From the NCBI GenBank assembly GCA_963789265.1, contig CAWBKB010000003.1, forward strand, positions 768,001-832,000: DNA of 64,000 bases, in the 5' to 3' direction. The translations under genes and the position numbers were made by a program. The stretch comes from an uncultured delta proteobacterium (GTDB lineage: Bacteria; Desulfobacterota; Desulfomonilia; Desulfomonilales; Desulfomonilaceae). Positions within the stretch are counted from its first letter, which is position 1. Every line of letters starts with the position of its first letter. Below, piece by piece: positions 19,017-30,167 of the stretch. The notes beneath the pieces are model-generated. The model saw nothing but the letters and a program-made list of their open reading frames with translations, was not told the DNA's origin and searched no databases.

Positions 19017-20505
19017 ATGAATCTTAGCGAGATCGTAGATCGCTTCGCGGGGGATATGCCCAACCAACCGGCTTTGGTTTTTGAGGACCAGAACCATCTC
19101 TTATGCGGAACTACTTCGATCAATAAACAAGTTGTCCAATGCTCTTGTGAAAGCCGGTATTAAGAAAGGCGATCGCGTTGCGATCTTGATGGGAAACAGG
19201 CCCGAGTTTGTTGTAGGCTACTATGCATCAATGCGAATAGGGGCTGCTGCTGTTACGCTAAATCCTATGTCCACGTCTTATGAACTCAGTCATTATCTCG
19301 CTGAGAGTAAGCCTGCCGCGATCCTATGTAAAGGGGATCAGATCGCCAAGATTGAAACCATCAGAGACCGCGCGGATTACTTGAAAATGGTCATAAGTAC
19401 CGAGCCGGCAGAAGGCGTGGTGCTTTACGACGAGATTGAAAAAGACTTCTCGGACGGTTTCAAGGCATTATCATTGGATCCTGATGATCCTGCGGTGGTG
19501 ATATTCACGGCCGGACTCTTAGGCCGGGCCCTCGGAGCTACTCTGAGTCACCAGAATTTGGACACGAACTCCAATATGCTGAGAGATGATTGCGGTCGCG
19601 GCTCTGAGAGTCACGGCCTGGCCCTGATCCCGCTTTTCCATGCATTCGGGGCCGCTGTGAACCTTCTGGGGACAATGAAGGTGGGTGGGACTGTATATCT
19701 CGTAGAACGTGTAGATTTTCCGAAGCTGATACCCTGGCTTCAGAAGGCTCGCGTTACATACACCGGCCTGGTCCCTATGGTCTATTACGGCCTTCTCTAT
19801 CACCCCTCCTGTAAGGACCTGGATCTTTCGAGTCTGGAGATAGGTATAAGCGGGGGGGCGCCTCTCTCTATGGAAATCTACGAGAAATTCTGTGCACGAT
19901 ACAAGATAGACATCTATCAGGGGTACGGCCTCACTGAAGCCTCACCGGTGGTCTCATGGAACAACATCAAGATTCTCAACAAACCGCCAACGGTAGGGAA
20001 GCCTCTCCCCAATGTCACAATCGAAGTTCATGACGACGACGGCAAGCCACTACCGCCGGGCACCCAAGGGGAGGTGATAGTCAAGGGCCCCAACGTGATG
20101 CTGGGTTACTTGGGCAAACCTACCGAAACTGCGACGGTGATCCGGAATGAATGGTTGCACACGGGGGACATCGGGTACCTGGACGCCGATGGCTATCTCA
20201 CGCTTACGGGGCTCAAAAAGGACCTCATTATTACTTCGGGGTTCAACGTGTACTGCCAGGAGGTTGAAGAGATTCTCATCCGACATCCCCACGTGGCTGA
20301 CGTCGCTCTGATAGGCATCGACGATCTTATGCGGGGACAGGTGATAGAGGCCCTTGTCGTTCCTGAGCGAGGCGTAAAACCGGAAGAGAGAGACATTATC
20401 CGGTTCTGCAAGGAGTATCTTTCAAGGTACAAGTGTCCCAGAAAGGTTCTGCTTGTCAAAGAAATAGTTAGAGACGCCAACGGAAAGGCGGTACGCTGGA
20501 GTTAG
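19017..20505 (+). CDS. Long-chain fatty-acid-CoA ligase / AMP-binding enzyme (one +1 frameshift near 19090)
   Basis: MNLSEIVD...PALVFED joins RTISYAEL after removing one base; PLFHAFG, QGYGLTEASP, WLHTGD motifs. Confidence 0.85.
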
Positions 20506-20947
20506 AAGCTTTTGGATGGAGGGTGAAAAGATTATACGGCGCACCTTTTGTAGAATCCTTTTGGGCAGTAGCTAAGAATAATGTCCGTCACCCATCCGAT
20601 GCGGAAAATTCTAAACGCTTACCGTGAGCAGATACTTCTGTTATTCCTAACTAGAGCCGAAACTCATACTGCGAAGCGCGGGACCGCGCCGGACCGCGAT
20701 CCGGGTCCTGCGTGATCTTGCCAAATGCAAAGCTGTTCTCGCAACTTCCTCAAAAAAACTTGGCAATTGCTATAGCGCCCGCTAAAATAACATATTCTTG
20801 CATTAACCTTATTTGCTCGGATTTCCCTGAGGCATAAATTGCCGGAGTTTGCGAAAGATTTTCTCGCGTGGGCAGAAATTGTCCCACCCGGGCCGGTTCA
20901 AATCATGACGAATCTAACGGGAGTGCTCCCGGGAGGAGGGCTTTCGA

Positions 20948-22666
20948 GTGAATCTCAGCCGCCGCATCGTTGAGCTAATTCGACCCGACGCGCCGTGGGA
21001 CGGTCCGGAATTCCGAAGGCGAGTGGAATGGCTGATGCTGCTCAGGTTGATAGTGACCACCCTATTACTGGGAATCACTATTGTTTTTCAGCTTAGGACA
21101 AGCGGCGACTATGTCGTTAATCCGGCCACGCCTCTGTACATTCTAATTGGGACAACTTTTTTACTCAGTCTCATATATGCCGTTTCGCTTCCTTTAATCC
21201 CTGATACCTGGATGTTTTCCTATTTCCAGGTGATGGTGGATGTGGTTTACGCCACAGTCTTAATCCACTTTACCGGTGGCGCTTCCAGCATTTTTACACT
21301 GCTGTACATTTTTCCCATCATCACGTCGGGGATTTTGCACATGCGCCGCGGGGCGTTGCTCACCGCTGCGGTGACTTCAGTGCTGTTCGGGCTTCTGATT
21401 AATTTCGAATACTACCGTCTCATTCCGCAAAGTGACTGGCCCTGGGTGAGTCCTTGGGGCAAAGAGACTGCCGGGCATCTGCTTTGGATCCTGGTGATAC
21501 ATTTTACATTCTTTTTTCTGGTGGCGATCCTTGCGAGTACCAGTGCAGAGCAGCTCCAAAAAATTAAGATCTCTTTGACCAGGCGAGAAAGCGATTATCA
21601 AAGGCTCTCAGATTTGTATACAAGTATTGTACGATCAATTCCAACCGGCATCATAACTACAAATGAGATGGACCGAATCACTTTCGTGAATTCGGCGGGA
21701 ACTGTGTTATTGGCCGCATCCCCGGCAGATCTCGTGGGCGTCCGTCTGAAGCAGATTTTTCCTGTTGTTGACAAAGGACTGAGAACAAGCGGGGTGAGGC
21801 GAGAGAGTTATTTGACCGTCAAGGAGATTGACGGTGACAAAAGGCAGATGGAACTGACGGTTTCAGATCTCCGGAGCGAGGACAATATTCCGAGCGGCAG
21901 GCTGGTGGTCTTCCAGGACGTGACCCTGGTCCGTAAGATGGAGGAGCGGGTGAAACTTAGCGAAAAACAGGCAGCATTCGTTAGGATAGCTGCCGGCATG
22001 GCCCACGAAATACGCAACCCCCTCGCGTCATTACGGGGAGCCACGGAACTTCTCTCGGAGACCACTTTCGGTCCTAATGACCAAAAGAAGCTCCTCGGAA
22101 TCGTCCTTCGTGAAGCGGACCGTTTGAACTCATTGCTGGGGGACTTTCTTCTGACCGTGGGTATTCAACAACCTCAGAAGGCAAGAGTGATGCTCACCGA
22201 TCTAATTGAGGAAACCGTGGATCTTTTTTCAAGCCAATCTAGGGTAAGACTAAACCTGTCTTTGGAAACTCTGATCCATAAGGGAGTAGAAGTAGAAGGG
22301 GATTCCGCCAAGCTCAAACAGGCGGTATGGAATCTCTTCGAAAATGCACTGGATGCTACGCCGGATTACGGAGTGATCAGAGTTGTCCTGGAGGCAGAGC
22401 CGGAATCGGGGCAGGCAATTCTCAAGGTCGAGGACTCGGGTCAGGGAATACCCCCAGAGGCTAGGGACCGAATTTTCGAACCCTTCACTACCACGAAGGG
22501 GAAAGGGACAGGACTAGGTTTGTCGCTTGTTCTGAGCATAGTGGAAGCCCATAGCGGTACAGTCGAAGTGGAAAGCGCTTTAGGGAAGGGGAGCCGTTTC
22601 ATTATAAGGCTTCCGCTGGCCTCGCCAAAAGCCGTTGCGGGAGACGGAGGACCCGATAATGGTTGA
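20948..22666 (+). CDS. pilS: PilS-like membrane sensor histidine kinase (PAS, HisKA, HATPase)
   Basis: WLMLLRL N-terminal TM region with TGG..S.F..LY; AHEIRNPL; FEPFTTTK.KGTGLGL; paired with a sigma54 regulator. Confidence 0.8.
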   Translation: MNLSRRIVELIRPDAPWDGPEFRRRVEWLMLLRLIVTTLLLGITIVFQLRTSGDYVVNPATPLYILIGTTFLLSLIYAVSLPLIPDTWMFSYFQVMVDVVYATVLIHFTGGASSIFTLLYIFPIITSGILHMRRGALLTAAVTSVLFGLLINFEYYRLIPQSDWPWVSPWGKETAGHLLWILVIHFTFFFLVAILASTSAEQLQKIKISLTRRESDYQRLSDLYTSIVRSIPTGIITTNEMDRITFVNSAGTVLLAASPADLVGVRLKQIFPVVDKGLRTSGVRRESYLTVKEIDGDKRQMELTVSDLRSEDNIPSGRLVVFQDVTLVRKMEERVKLSEKQAAFVRIAAGMAHEIRNPLASLRGATELLSETTFGPNDQKKLLGIVLREADRLNSLLGDFLLTVGIQQPQKARVMLTDLIEETVDLFSSQSRVRLNLSLETLIHKGVEVEGDSAKLKQAVWNLFENALDATPDYGVIRVVLEAEPESGQAILKVEDSGQGIPPEARDRIFEPFTTTKGKGTGLGLSLVLSIVEAHSGTVEVESALGKGSRFIIRLPLASPKAVAGDGGPDNG

Positions 22667-24050
22667 GCGACTCCTGATAGTGGATGACGAACCGAGCATG
22701 AGGGAGTTTCTCGAGATCATGCTTTCGCAAGAAGGCTATCAGGTCCTAAGCGCTTCCACCGGAGAGGAAGGATTTGAAACATACCGGACGGAAGAGCCCG
22801 ACCTGGTGCTTACTGACGTGAAGATGCCCGGTATGAGCGGTTTGGATTTGATCAGAGAAATACACTCCTTGGATCCCGGGACCCCGATCATCGCCATAAC
22901 GGCCTATGCATCCGCGGATGATGCGGTACGTGCGGTCCGAGAAGGAGCTTATGACTACCTGTCCAAGCCGTTCAAGATAGAAGATTTGCGTATCATCATC
23001 CGCAATGCGCTGGAAGCTCAACGGCTTCGCCGCGAGAATCTGGAGCTGAGGCAATCAATAGAGGGACGATACCGATTTGGCGACATCGTTGGAAAATCTC
23101 ATCAGATGGTTGAAATTTTCGATCTCGTATCTCGGGTGGCGCCTTCCAAGGCGGGCGTTCTCATAATGGGGGAATCGGGAACGGGAAAGGAACTGATCGC
23201 AAAGGCCATCCACTACAATTCGCCCAGGGCCGGCAAACCTTTTGTAACCGTAAATTGTACGGCCATAGTGGAGAACCTCTTGGAGTCGGAAATGTTCGGC
23301 CATCAGAAAGGCTCGTTCACCGGAGCTGTATCCAACAAAGTGGGCCTGGTGGAAGCAGCCCACACAGGGTCGTTGTTCCTGGATGAGGTCGGCGAAATGC
23401 CCCAGTCGATCCAAGTCAAACTTCTGCGCTTCCTTCAGGAAAGGGAATTCCGGCGAGTCGGCGGCATCGACGACAAAAAAATAGACGTCAGGGTGATCGC
23501 GGCGACCAACAAAGAATTGGAAAAGGAGATGGAAGCGGGCAAATTTCGTGAAGACCTCTATTACCGCCTGAATGTCATTCGCATACGGCTGCCCCCGTTG
23601 CGGGAGCGTGAAGAAGACATTCCGTTGCTGATAGATCATTTTCGCAAGAAATTTGCCAAAGAACAGGGTAAGAAGATTGTAAAGGTATCCTCGCTCGCCA
23701 TGCGGGTCCTTTGCAATTACAGTTTCCCGGGCAACGTGAGAGAGTTGCAGAATGTCATTGAGCGCTGCGTCACCCTCGAGCAGTCAGACCAGCTCACGGC
23801 GGAGAATCTTCCGCCCAAGCTTTTCGAGTCAGGCAGTTCAGTCGGCATGTCGACCGAACTGGATATACCGCCCGAAGGAATAGATCTCAACAGTGCCGTT
23901 GAAAACATGGAAAGAAAGTTGATTGGCCGAGCCCTCTATATCACGGGCGGCAATAGGTCCAAGGCTGCTAAACTGCTGAGCATTTCATTTCGGTCCCTGC
24001 GCTACCGTCTATTGAAGCTTGGTATGGATAATGCCGAAAGCGCCGAATGA
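22659..24050 (+). CDS. pilR: PilR-like sigma54-dependent response regulator
   Basis: Receiver (IVDDE, TDVKMP); [47 protein letters not shown]. Confidence 0.85.
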   Translation: MVERLLIVDDEPSMREFLEIMLSQEGYQVLSASTGEEGFETYRTEEPDLVLTDVKMPGMSGLDLIREIHSLDPGTPIIAITAYASADDAVRAVREGAYDYLSKPFKIEDLRIIIRNALEAQRLRRENLELRQSIEGRYRFGDIVGKSHQMVEIFDLVSRVAPSKAGVLIMGESGTGKELIAKAIHYNSPRAGKPFVTVNCTAIVENLLESEMFGHQKGSFTGAVSNKVGLVEAAHTGSLFLDEVGEMPQSIQVKLLRFLQEREFRRVGGIDDKKIDVRVIAATNKELEKEMEAGKFREDLYYRLNVIRIRLPPLREREEDIPLLIDHFRKKFAKEQGKKIVKVSSLAMRVLCNYSFPGNVRELQNVIERCVTLEQSDQLTAENLPPKLFESGSSVGMSTELDIPPEGIDLNSAVENMERKLIGRALYITGGNRSKAAKLLSISFRSLRYRLLKLGMDNAESAE

Positions 24051-24082
24051 CAACCTCTCCTGATCCTGGAAAGGAAGGTGAT

Positions 24083-24875
24083 ATGCGGGATTACGCTATC
24101 ATTTTGGCCGCCGATCTTCCGACTGCTGACGAAGTTCTTTCCACGGTGAAGAAGGTGGGGGCGATCGTAGACGGAGTAAAGGTGGGAGTGGCAACGCTCC
24201 TCGAGGCCGGCAAGAGCATTCTCGGCAGAATTCGTGATGTGATTCAAGACGATCCGCTACTAGTTGACCTGAAGATAGCGGACATTGGGTTTATGGGGCA
24301 CGGCGCGTGGCAGGGAACCAATTCCAAGATCATCAAAGGGCTCGAGAATTCAGGGGCCACGCATGTCACGGTCCAGGGATTTCCGGGCCCTGTTTCAGTG
24401 GCCGAGGCAATAGGTTCGGCCACTGAATGCGGGATAAGGACCCTTCTTCTACCCCTCATGAGCCACGAGGGGGCCGGTCTGTTCCTTTTCCCGGCCTGTC
24501 GACCATTCTTCTGTGGCGCTCGCTGTCTCAAAAGCCGGACTGGAAGTCCATATTCCTGATCATCTTCCATGTCGCGACATCACCGAAGGGATATTGCTTC
24601 TGGGTGAGGCGTTAGATGCGGATGGTTATATCGGGCCTGCAACGCGACCACTGGATCTGCAACGCTTTCGTTCCATAACTGAGCGCCGTATATGGTGTCC
24701 CGGATTCGGCCGGCAAGATAGAGAAGGTAGAAGCCTCAACGAACAGTTCAGGCAATGGGCCGCGGTCGTTGGCCCTGTTTCGGCTGCTATAGTAGGTTCA
24801 ACTATATTCAATGCTCAGGACCCTGAGGACGCGGCTAGACAGATCGTGGATGTTCGTGACGAAGCCACGACGTGA
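24083..24875 (+). CDS. pyrF: Orotidine-5'-phosphate decarboxylase-like protein, archaeal-type (one +1 frameshift near 24485)
   Basis: ILAAD, DGVKVG, DLKIADIG, LMSHEGA in first frame; GPATRP, PGFGRQ, IVGSTIF in next frame. Confidence 0.7.
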
Positions 24876-24999
24876 AGCCGCAGCAGGTGTTTGGGCTGTT
24901 TGAAACCAAGATTGCGTTTCTGACTTCTTGCTCAAGACGAATTTAACAACTTGGGGAACTTGCGATCAGAACCATTTATCGGCCGGGCGGTATTTTGTC

Positions 25000-25458
25000 A
25001 TGGGAAATCTCTTGAAAGGCACGGAGATCGTTAGTTCGGCCGAGGGCCTGATTTCAGCCAAGAAGCAGCAAGGCGAGTTTTCGTTCGACCTTACGGTGAA
25101 TGCAATCAGCATAGTGAACCGGGGTGGATCGCTGGATTTCGGAGGGAGTGAATATCAGGAGGCATCGATCTCATTCGTGGAGCCTGAAAAGAAGACGCCT
25201 GACGAGCCTTACGGGTGGTGGGATCTGGACGCGGGAGTCTATTTGATATTCTACAATGAGAAAATAAAGATCCCCCCCGGGGGACTCATTATGGTTTTGC
25301 CCCATCAGAGACTGTTGGCGGCCGGAGCATCGCACTCCACATTGATCCTCGAAAACTTCGATCAAAAAACCTGCGTGCCGATTCACATCGGGCTGGAAGG
25401 ACTGAAGATTAAGCAAAATGCGCGGGTCTCAAAGGCCATAGTTTTAATGAGTGGATAA
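25000..25458 (+). CDS. dCTP deaminase/dUTPase-fold protein
   Basis: FDLTV, LDFGGSE, YGWWDLDAGVYLIFYNE, IKQNARVS. Confidence 0.7.
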   Translation: MGNLLKGTEIVSSAEGLISAKKQQGEFSFDLTVNAISIVNRGGSLDFGGSEYQEASISFVEPEKKTPDEPYGWWDLDAGVYLIFYNEKIKIPPGGLIMVLPHQRLLAAGASHSTLILENFDQKTCVPIHIGLEGLKIKQNARVSKAIVLMSG

Positions 25459-25858
25459 CCCTTCGCAACCGCACCTGATTTTCCCGGACACCGGGCTTGA
25501 CGCGTACCTGTCCTGGCATGATAGATGTTGCATTCAGCTTGCTTCAACATACCAAGATCGTGGAAATACAGGTGATCGCGGGAGCACATTAACAATAATA
25601 TGCGCACATCGATGGGAACCTGCAGATTTTGCATTTGCAACATTTACCCTCCCCTGCCGTAACTACAACGGTCCAAGTCTCGTTATTAGCCTTTCCAATA
25701 GTGAGCCCGAACGTCGTTGACTTTTATATGATGATTAGCTATACTTAGTTCCACCATTTTAGGCCTGAAGTGCGTTTCTTTTTTGGTGTTTATTTGCTGC
25801 ATGTTGCAATGAGTCCCTCTATTCAATCTTAGAGTGGGCGTTAAGGTGTGGGAAATAC

Positions 25859-27238
25859 GTGTCAACTTTTATCCCATGGGCTGTCAAGAATTCGCCGCGT
25901 TCCAAGAACGGGCCTGTCCTGAAGCTGGGGTTAAACTTCAGCCGGGGGGGCCGTCTCCTGGTTATGCTTGCAGCCTGCTTCTTCCTGTGGCCTCAGGCCT
26001 TGTCGGCATCCTCGGGGGCAAAAGCAAGAGCGCAAGCCTATGCTTATTTTGATTTTCCCACCTGCGTGCGGTATGCGCTTGAACACTCGGAAGTTTTCTT
26101 GAGAAATCGCATCGATATACAAATTGCGTCCGCTGACCTCAAAGACGCCCATGCTCAACTTCTCCCCAGGCTTGAAATTGTAACCCAATATTATCTCGCC
26201 AGTGCCTACCAACTTGACAATCCTCTGAGCATCGACCTTTACGTGCAAGACTGGAATCCGCTCCTCGCCCTGCTAAAAATAAAATCTAACGGCATATTGG
26301 TGGATATTGGTAGGATTACTCATTACGATAAAATTGCAGACAATATTTCCAAGATGGCCACGATTTTTTATCGCATCCATATCCTGGAAAAGACGATTCG
26401 AGCGCGCAAGCAACTGCTCGCGCTTCAGCAGGACAAGGTGAGTTACGGCAAGAGTCGAAACGTGCAAGGGGCCATGGATCAATTGGAGCTGAGGGTATGG
26501 ACGAACAAGATGAAGGAAGAACATATTAAGCTCAAGGATTTAGAGACCGAACTGCTGGATAAAATGGGCCAGCTTAAGATGCTCATGGGCTATCATCCTG
26601 ATTATTACCTTCCCCTTGATACTCGCGACGCGGCCGATCAGATTCTTGCAGGGTTTAACGGTCAATTGGTTACGTTCCCCGAAATTCAGGGGTCCAATCT
26701 CGGCTTGAAAATTTTGGCCAAAAAAGAACAACTCCAGTCGAACTTAGTCACCGGAGCGTACGTTGCTCTTGTACCAAAGCCGGTTCTGGTCCTGGAGAAT
26801 ATATCAAATACGATAGACCGGTCAAACGGGTTCAACTTGGCCTTGGGGATGGACTATACGCTCTGGGACGGATTCAAGCGAGTGCGAGACATCAAGAGAC
26901 AGAAAATGAAGGCAGAGCAGGTGAAAATAGACCGCAATCAATATTCGGAGGATCTCTATAACAAGTTCAGAAACTTAAGGGAAAAGCTTGATTTGGCTGG
27001 AGAGAAGGAAGTATTTTATCGCGAACAAGCTCGACTTGCCGAAATGACCGAAGAGAAAGCCTTCCTCCAATACAAGGCTGGAGACATCCCATACGATCAG
27101 TACGTGGAGAAGCGTCTTGAAAAGGTGGAGGCGAATATCGATTCGATCGGAAGCCTTGAAGGAAGGGTAACGTCCCTGATTGATCTCGCCACTATTGCAG
27201 GAGGTTTAAATAAGTACAATGCCGGAATTCGATACTGA
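25859..27238 (+). CDS. TolC-family outer-membrane efflux protein (start uncertain)
   Basis: Signal-like segment; AHAQLLPRL and YTLWDGFKR repeats typical of OEP family; adjacent adaptor gene. Confidence 0.75.
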   Translation: MSTFIPWAVKNSPRSKNGPVLKLGLNFSRGGRLLVMLAACFFLWPQALSASSGAKARAQAYAYFDFPTCVRYALEHSEVFLRNRIDIQIASADLKDAHAQLLPRLEIVTQYYLASAYQLDNPLSIDLYVQDWNPLLALLKIKSNGILVDIGRITHYDKIADNISKMATIFYRIHILEKTIRARKQLLALQQDKVSYGKSRNVQGAMDQLELRVWTNKMKEEHIKLKDLETELLDKMGQLKMLMGYHPDYYLPLDTRDAADQILAGFNGQLVTFPEIQGSNLGLKILAKKEQLQSNLVTGAYVALVPKPVLVLENISNTIDRSNGFNLALGMDYTLWDGFKRVRDIKRQKMKAEQVKIDRNQYSEDLYNKFRNLREKLDLAGEKEVFYREQARLAEMTEEKAFLQYKAGDIPYDQYVEKRLEKVEANIDSIGSLEGRVTSLIDLATIAGGLNKYNAGIRY

Positions 27239-28316
27239 CAAACCCCGACGACTGGCAAAAGCGTTCGGTGTCCTTCTGGCGACTTTTGTGGCTATTGCCT
27301 CGCTGGTCCTGGTGGCGATTACGCACGAGCCAAAGAGTGCAGTTTCCAGTCCTGGTCCGGCAAAGGGCACCATTGTCCCGCAGATCGCGAATGCCAAATC
27401 CGAGACAGAGATCGTTTTTCGAGGAAAGAGTTTCGCAATTGTTAAGCGGAACTTGATTTTTCACTTCTCCGGCGAAGTAGTCGACGTTTCTGTAAAGGAT
27501 GGGCAAGAAGTCAAGAAGGGAGATAAGCTGGCCACCTACGAACTTGACCGTGAGGCAATGATACATGTCCATAAAGTGCTTTATCCAGAGCAAGTGATCT
27601 CCTTGAAGCAGTCGCTGTACGATGAACAGATTAAATTGGAAAAACTGAACAAAGTGAGCCTCGCGACAAAAAAACTCGGTGTAGAAAGAATTGAAAAGGA
27701 ACTCTCGGATTTACGTGAACTGCAAGCCAGAGGAATGGCCGGAACAGAAGCGGTCAGGAATAAGAACCGCGAGCTTGAGCAAGCCAAGAAAGATATCCTG
27801 GACATCGAGGAATCCATCAAACAGAGTCGGGCGAGTCTTGCCAAGACACGGGAAGACCTTCAATTCTACCAGGACAAGCAGAAAAGAGACCTCGACTTGC
27901 TGGAATGGCAAACCAAACGCTCTTACCCGGACCCGAAACTTCCTCAGAACACGGCATTTCTGAAGGCCCCCATCTCGGGGCACGTTGTATGGATATCTCC
28001 GGATCTCACTGTGAAGGCGGAAACCGAAAAAGATTTTCATGCGATGACTTTGGCTCCGATGAACCCAATGGTGGTTCGCTGCAAGGTCCACGAGCTCGAC
28101 CTGGTAAAGTTGAAGCCAGGGGATCGAGGAACTATTGTCTTTGACGCGATGCCGGACAGGAAGTATCCTTGCACAGTAAGCAGGATCCCATGGATTAGCA
28201 TAAATCCGGCTTTGGAAGTTCCTGCCGATTACGACATAGAATGTACACTCGAGAATCCGGACGGGAAGATCAAGGACGGCCTGACCGGCAATGTGAGGAT
28301 CAGTGTTGCAGAATGA
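27219..28316 (+). CDS. HlyD/RND periplasmic adaptor (membrane fusion protein)
   Basis: N-terminal TM; SGEVVDVSVKDGQEVKKGDKL and LKAPISGHV lipoyl halves flanking a long coiled coil. Confidence 0.85.
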   Translation: MPEFDTDKPRRLAKAFGVLLATFVAIASLVLVAITHEPKSAVSSPGPAKGTIVPQIANAKSETEIVFRGKSFAIVKRNLIFHFSGEVVDVSVKDGQEVKKGDKLATYELDREAMIHVHKVLYPEQVISLKQSLYDEQIKLEKLNKVSLATKKLGVERIEKELSDLRELQARGMAGTEAVRNKNRELEQAKKDILDIEESIKQSRASLAKTREDLQFYQDKQKRDLDLLEWQTKRSYPDPKLPQNTAFLKAPISGHVVWISPDLTVKAETEKDFHAMTLAPMNPMVVRCKVHELDLVKLKPGDRGTIVFDAMPDRKYPCTVSRIPWISINPALEVPADYDIECTLENPDGKIKDGLTGNVRISVAE

Positions 28317-28764
28317 TTGCCGACGCCTTACGTTCGGCCCGGTCCCCGAGACACGTGGGATTTCCTGACTTTGTCGCCCCCTAAATGACTTAAGCAATCC
28401 GGCCATGAATTCGGGCAATTCACCTGCCTTGTCTTCGGTTCCGCCACAAGTCGTTTATTTCAGTGTGGACCGCTTGTCCTTGTTGTGGACTTATGCCAAT
28501 GAGCTGTTTAGCATGTGATACAGCCGCAAGCGGGAACGATCACAGTGTCGCGCCGATCTCATGACTGTGGTTCAGTTTTGCCGTTAGTAGCGTAAGAGGT
28601 CCGCCTGAAACAGCAGGAACTACTGTGCGGAAGCATCACTCGATTGAAAGCGCATCGGCATTATTTTTTTACGAGTCCATCAATCCCGCGCCGGACGGGA
28701 AAAGCGTTTCCCGCGACCTTGGTTTATAGGTTTGCATTGATGCAATTTGAATGGTTTCAAAGTT

Positions 28765-29953
28765 ATGACTATGCTCGCACTGATGCTCGCCGTTTGGCTT
28801 TCCGCAACTATTGTGGCCTTTTGTCTCGTGATAGCGATTGGTCTCGGTGAAGATACAACGCACATTGCTCAAGGCACCTGGCGAGGCGACCACTACTTGC
28901 CTCCAGCCTCTTGAAGTCATTGTTCCGCTCAAAGGAATTATCGCAGGCCAGGAGTATGCGCTGAGATCCTTGTTGGAACAGGACTATCCCGGCTATCGAC
29001 TGATTTTCGTTCTGGAGAGTGAACTCGACCCTGCCAATCCGGTAGTGGACAAGCTCCTTGACCAATATCCTTTCGCGCATAAGGTCATTGGGGGCATTGC
29101 TTTTTCCTGTGCTCAGAAAAATCACAACCTGCTGGCGGGCTTGAGAAGTGTTAGACCGAATACCGAAATCCTCGTATTTTGCGATAGTACCAGCCTGGCC
29201 GACCCTGGTTGGTTGCGGCGTTTTACCGGACCCTTGTGTAACGGCGATTGCGCTGTAGTCACGACCTTCAGAGCCTTTCATCTTGATCCCGCGACGATAG
29301 GCGGAGTTTGCCAGGCCATGTATGCTTCGTTCATCAGGCTCATTGCAGCCATCAAACCCAAGCCGTGGGGAGGCGCAACGGCAATTAAGCGCGAGACTTT
29401 TGAAGAACTGAACATACCTGAAGTGTGGTCTAGGACAATAGTAGACGATTTGGTTCTGGGCAATGCCCTGGATTGTGCCGGCATTAAGGTGAAAATGGAC
29501 CAGTACAACCTACTCGAATCGCCCCTGCAAATGCAGTCCGTAGCAGGGTTTTTGAGCTATTTGGATCGACAGATTCTATTTCCCAAGTTCACCAATCCCG
29601 GGATATGGGCGGGGACGCTCCTGTTCCATTTGAATTTGACTCTTGCGGTTGTCGCTGCCGTATTCATAGGCGCTCTTTTCCCGGCCGGACAGGCAGATAC
29701 CCTTTGCGGATGGTTGTCGTGTGGGTTACTTATTGTCGTGGCTGCAGGCGTTCTACTCCTCTGGAGGATCAATCCATCCACAATTTCAATCGAACGCTGG
29801 CTGATTTCATTCTTTCCCTGTATTTTCCTCAGCGCATTCGTTTTTCTGCGCTCCATTGTCCGGAACTATATAGACTGGCATGGGCGAAGATATTGGCCTG
29901 GAAAAGGAGGTGTAGTGTTGGAGACGGCTTTCGAGACCGAAAGGGGGGATTGA
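28765..29953 (+). CDS. GT2/GT21 glycosyltransferase (ceramide glucosyltransferase/HpnI-like); +1 frameshift near 28837
   Basis: N-terminal TM MTMLALMLAVWLS... in preceding frame; IVPLKG, QDYP, QKNHNL, FCDS, WGGATAI, VDDL, RQ; C-terminal TMs. Confidence 0.8.
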
Positions 29954-30167
29954 AGTTAATGAACGAGCAGCTTTTTGTGGTCGGATTAATGCTCGTTTCT
30001 TCATGGTAATGGTCACATCCGGGAATTGAAGTTGGAGTGAATCAGCATTACTGCCCCTTGAACGGCCGCGCATAGCATGTTCGTGCGCTTTATAAGAACT
30101 CCTTGCTTGACAGGGCATTCGAGCATGTCCAAATCGAAAAAGAGGGGCCTATCGGAGTGGGCGAGCT

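Noticed and set aside
20759..20845. Sigma54 promoter upstream of pilS (ttggcaattgc, ggcataaattgc)
   Set aside because: GG-to-GC spacing does not fit the required -24/-12 geometry.
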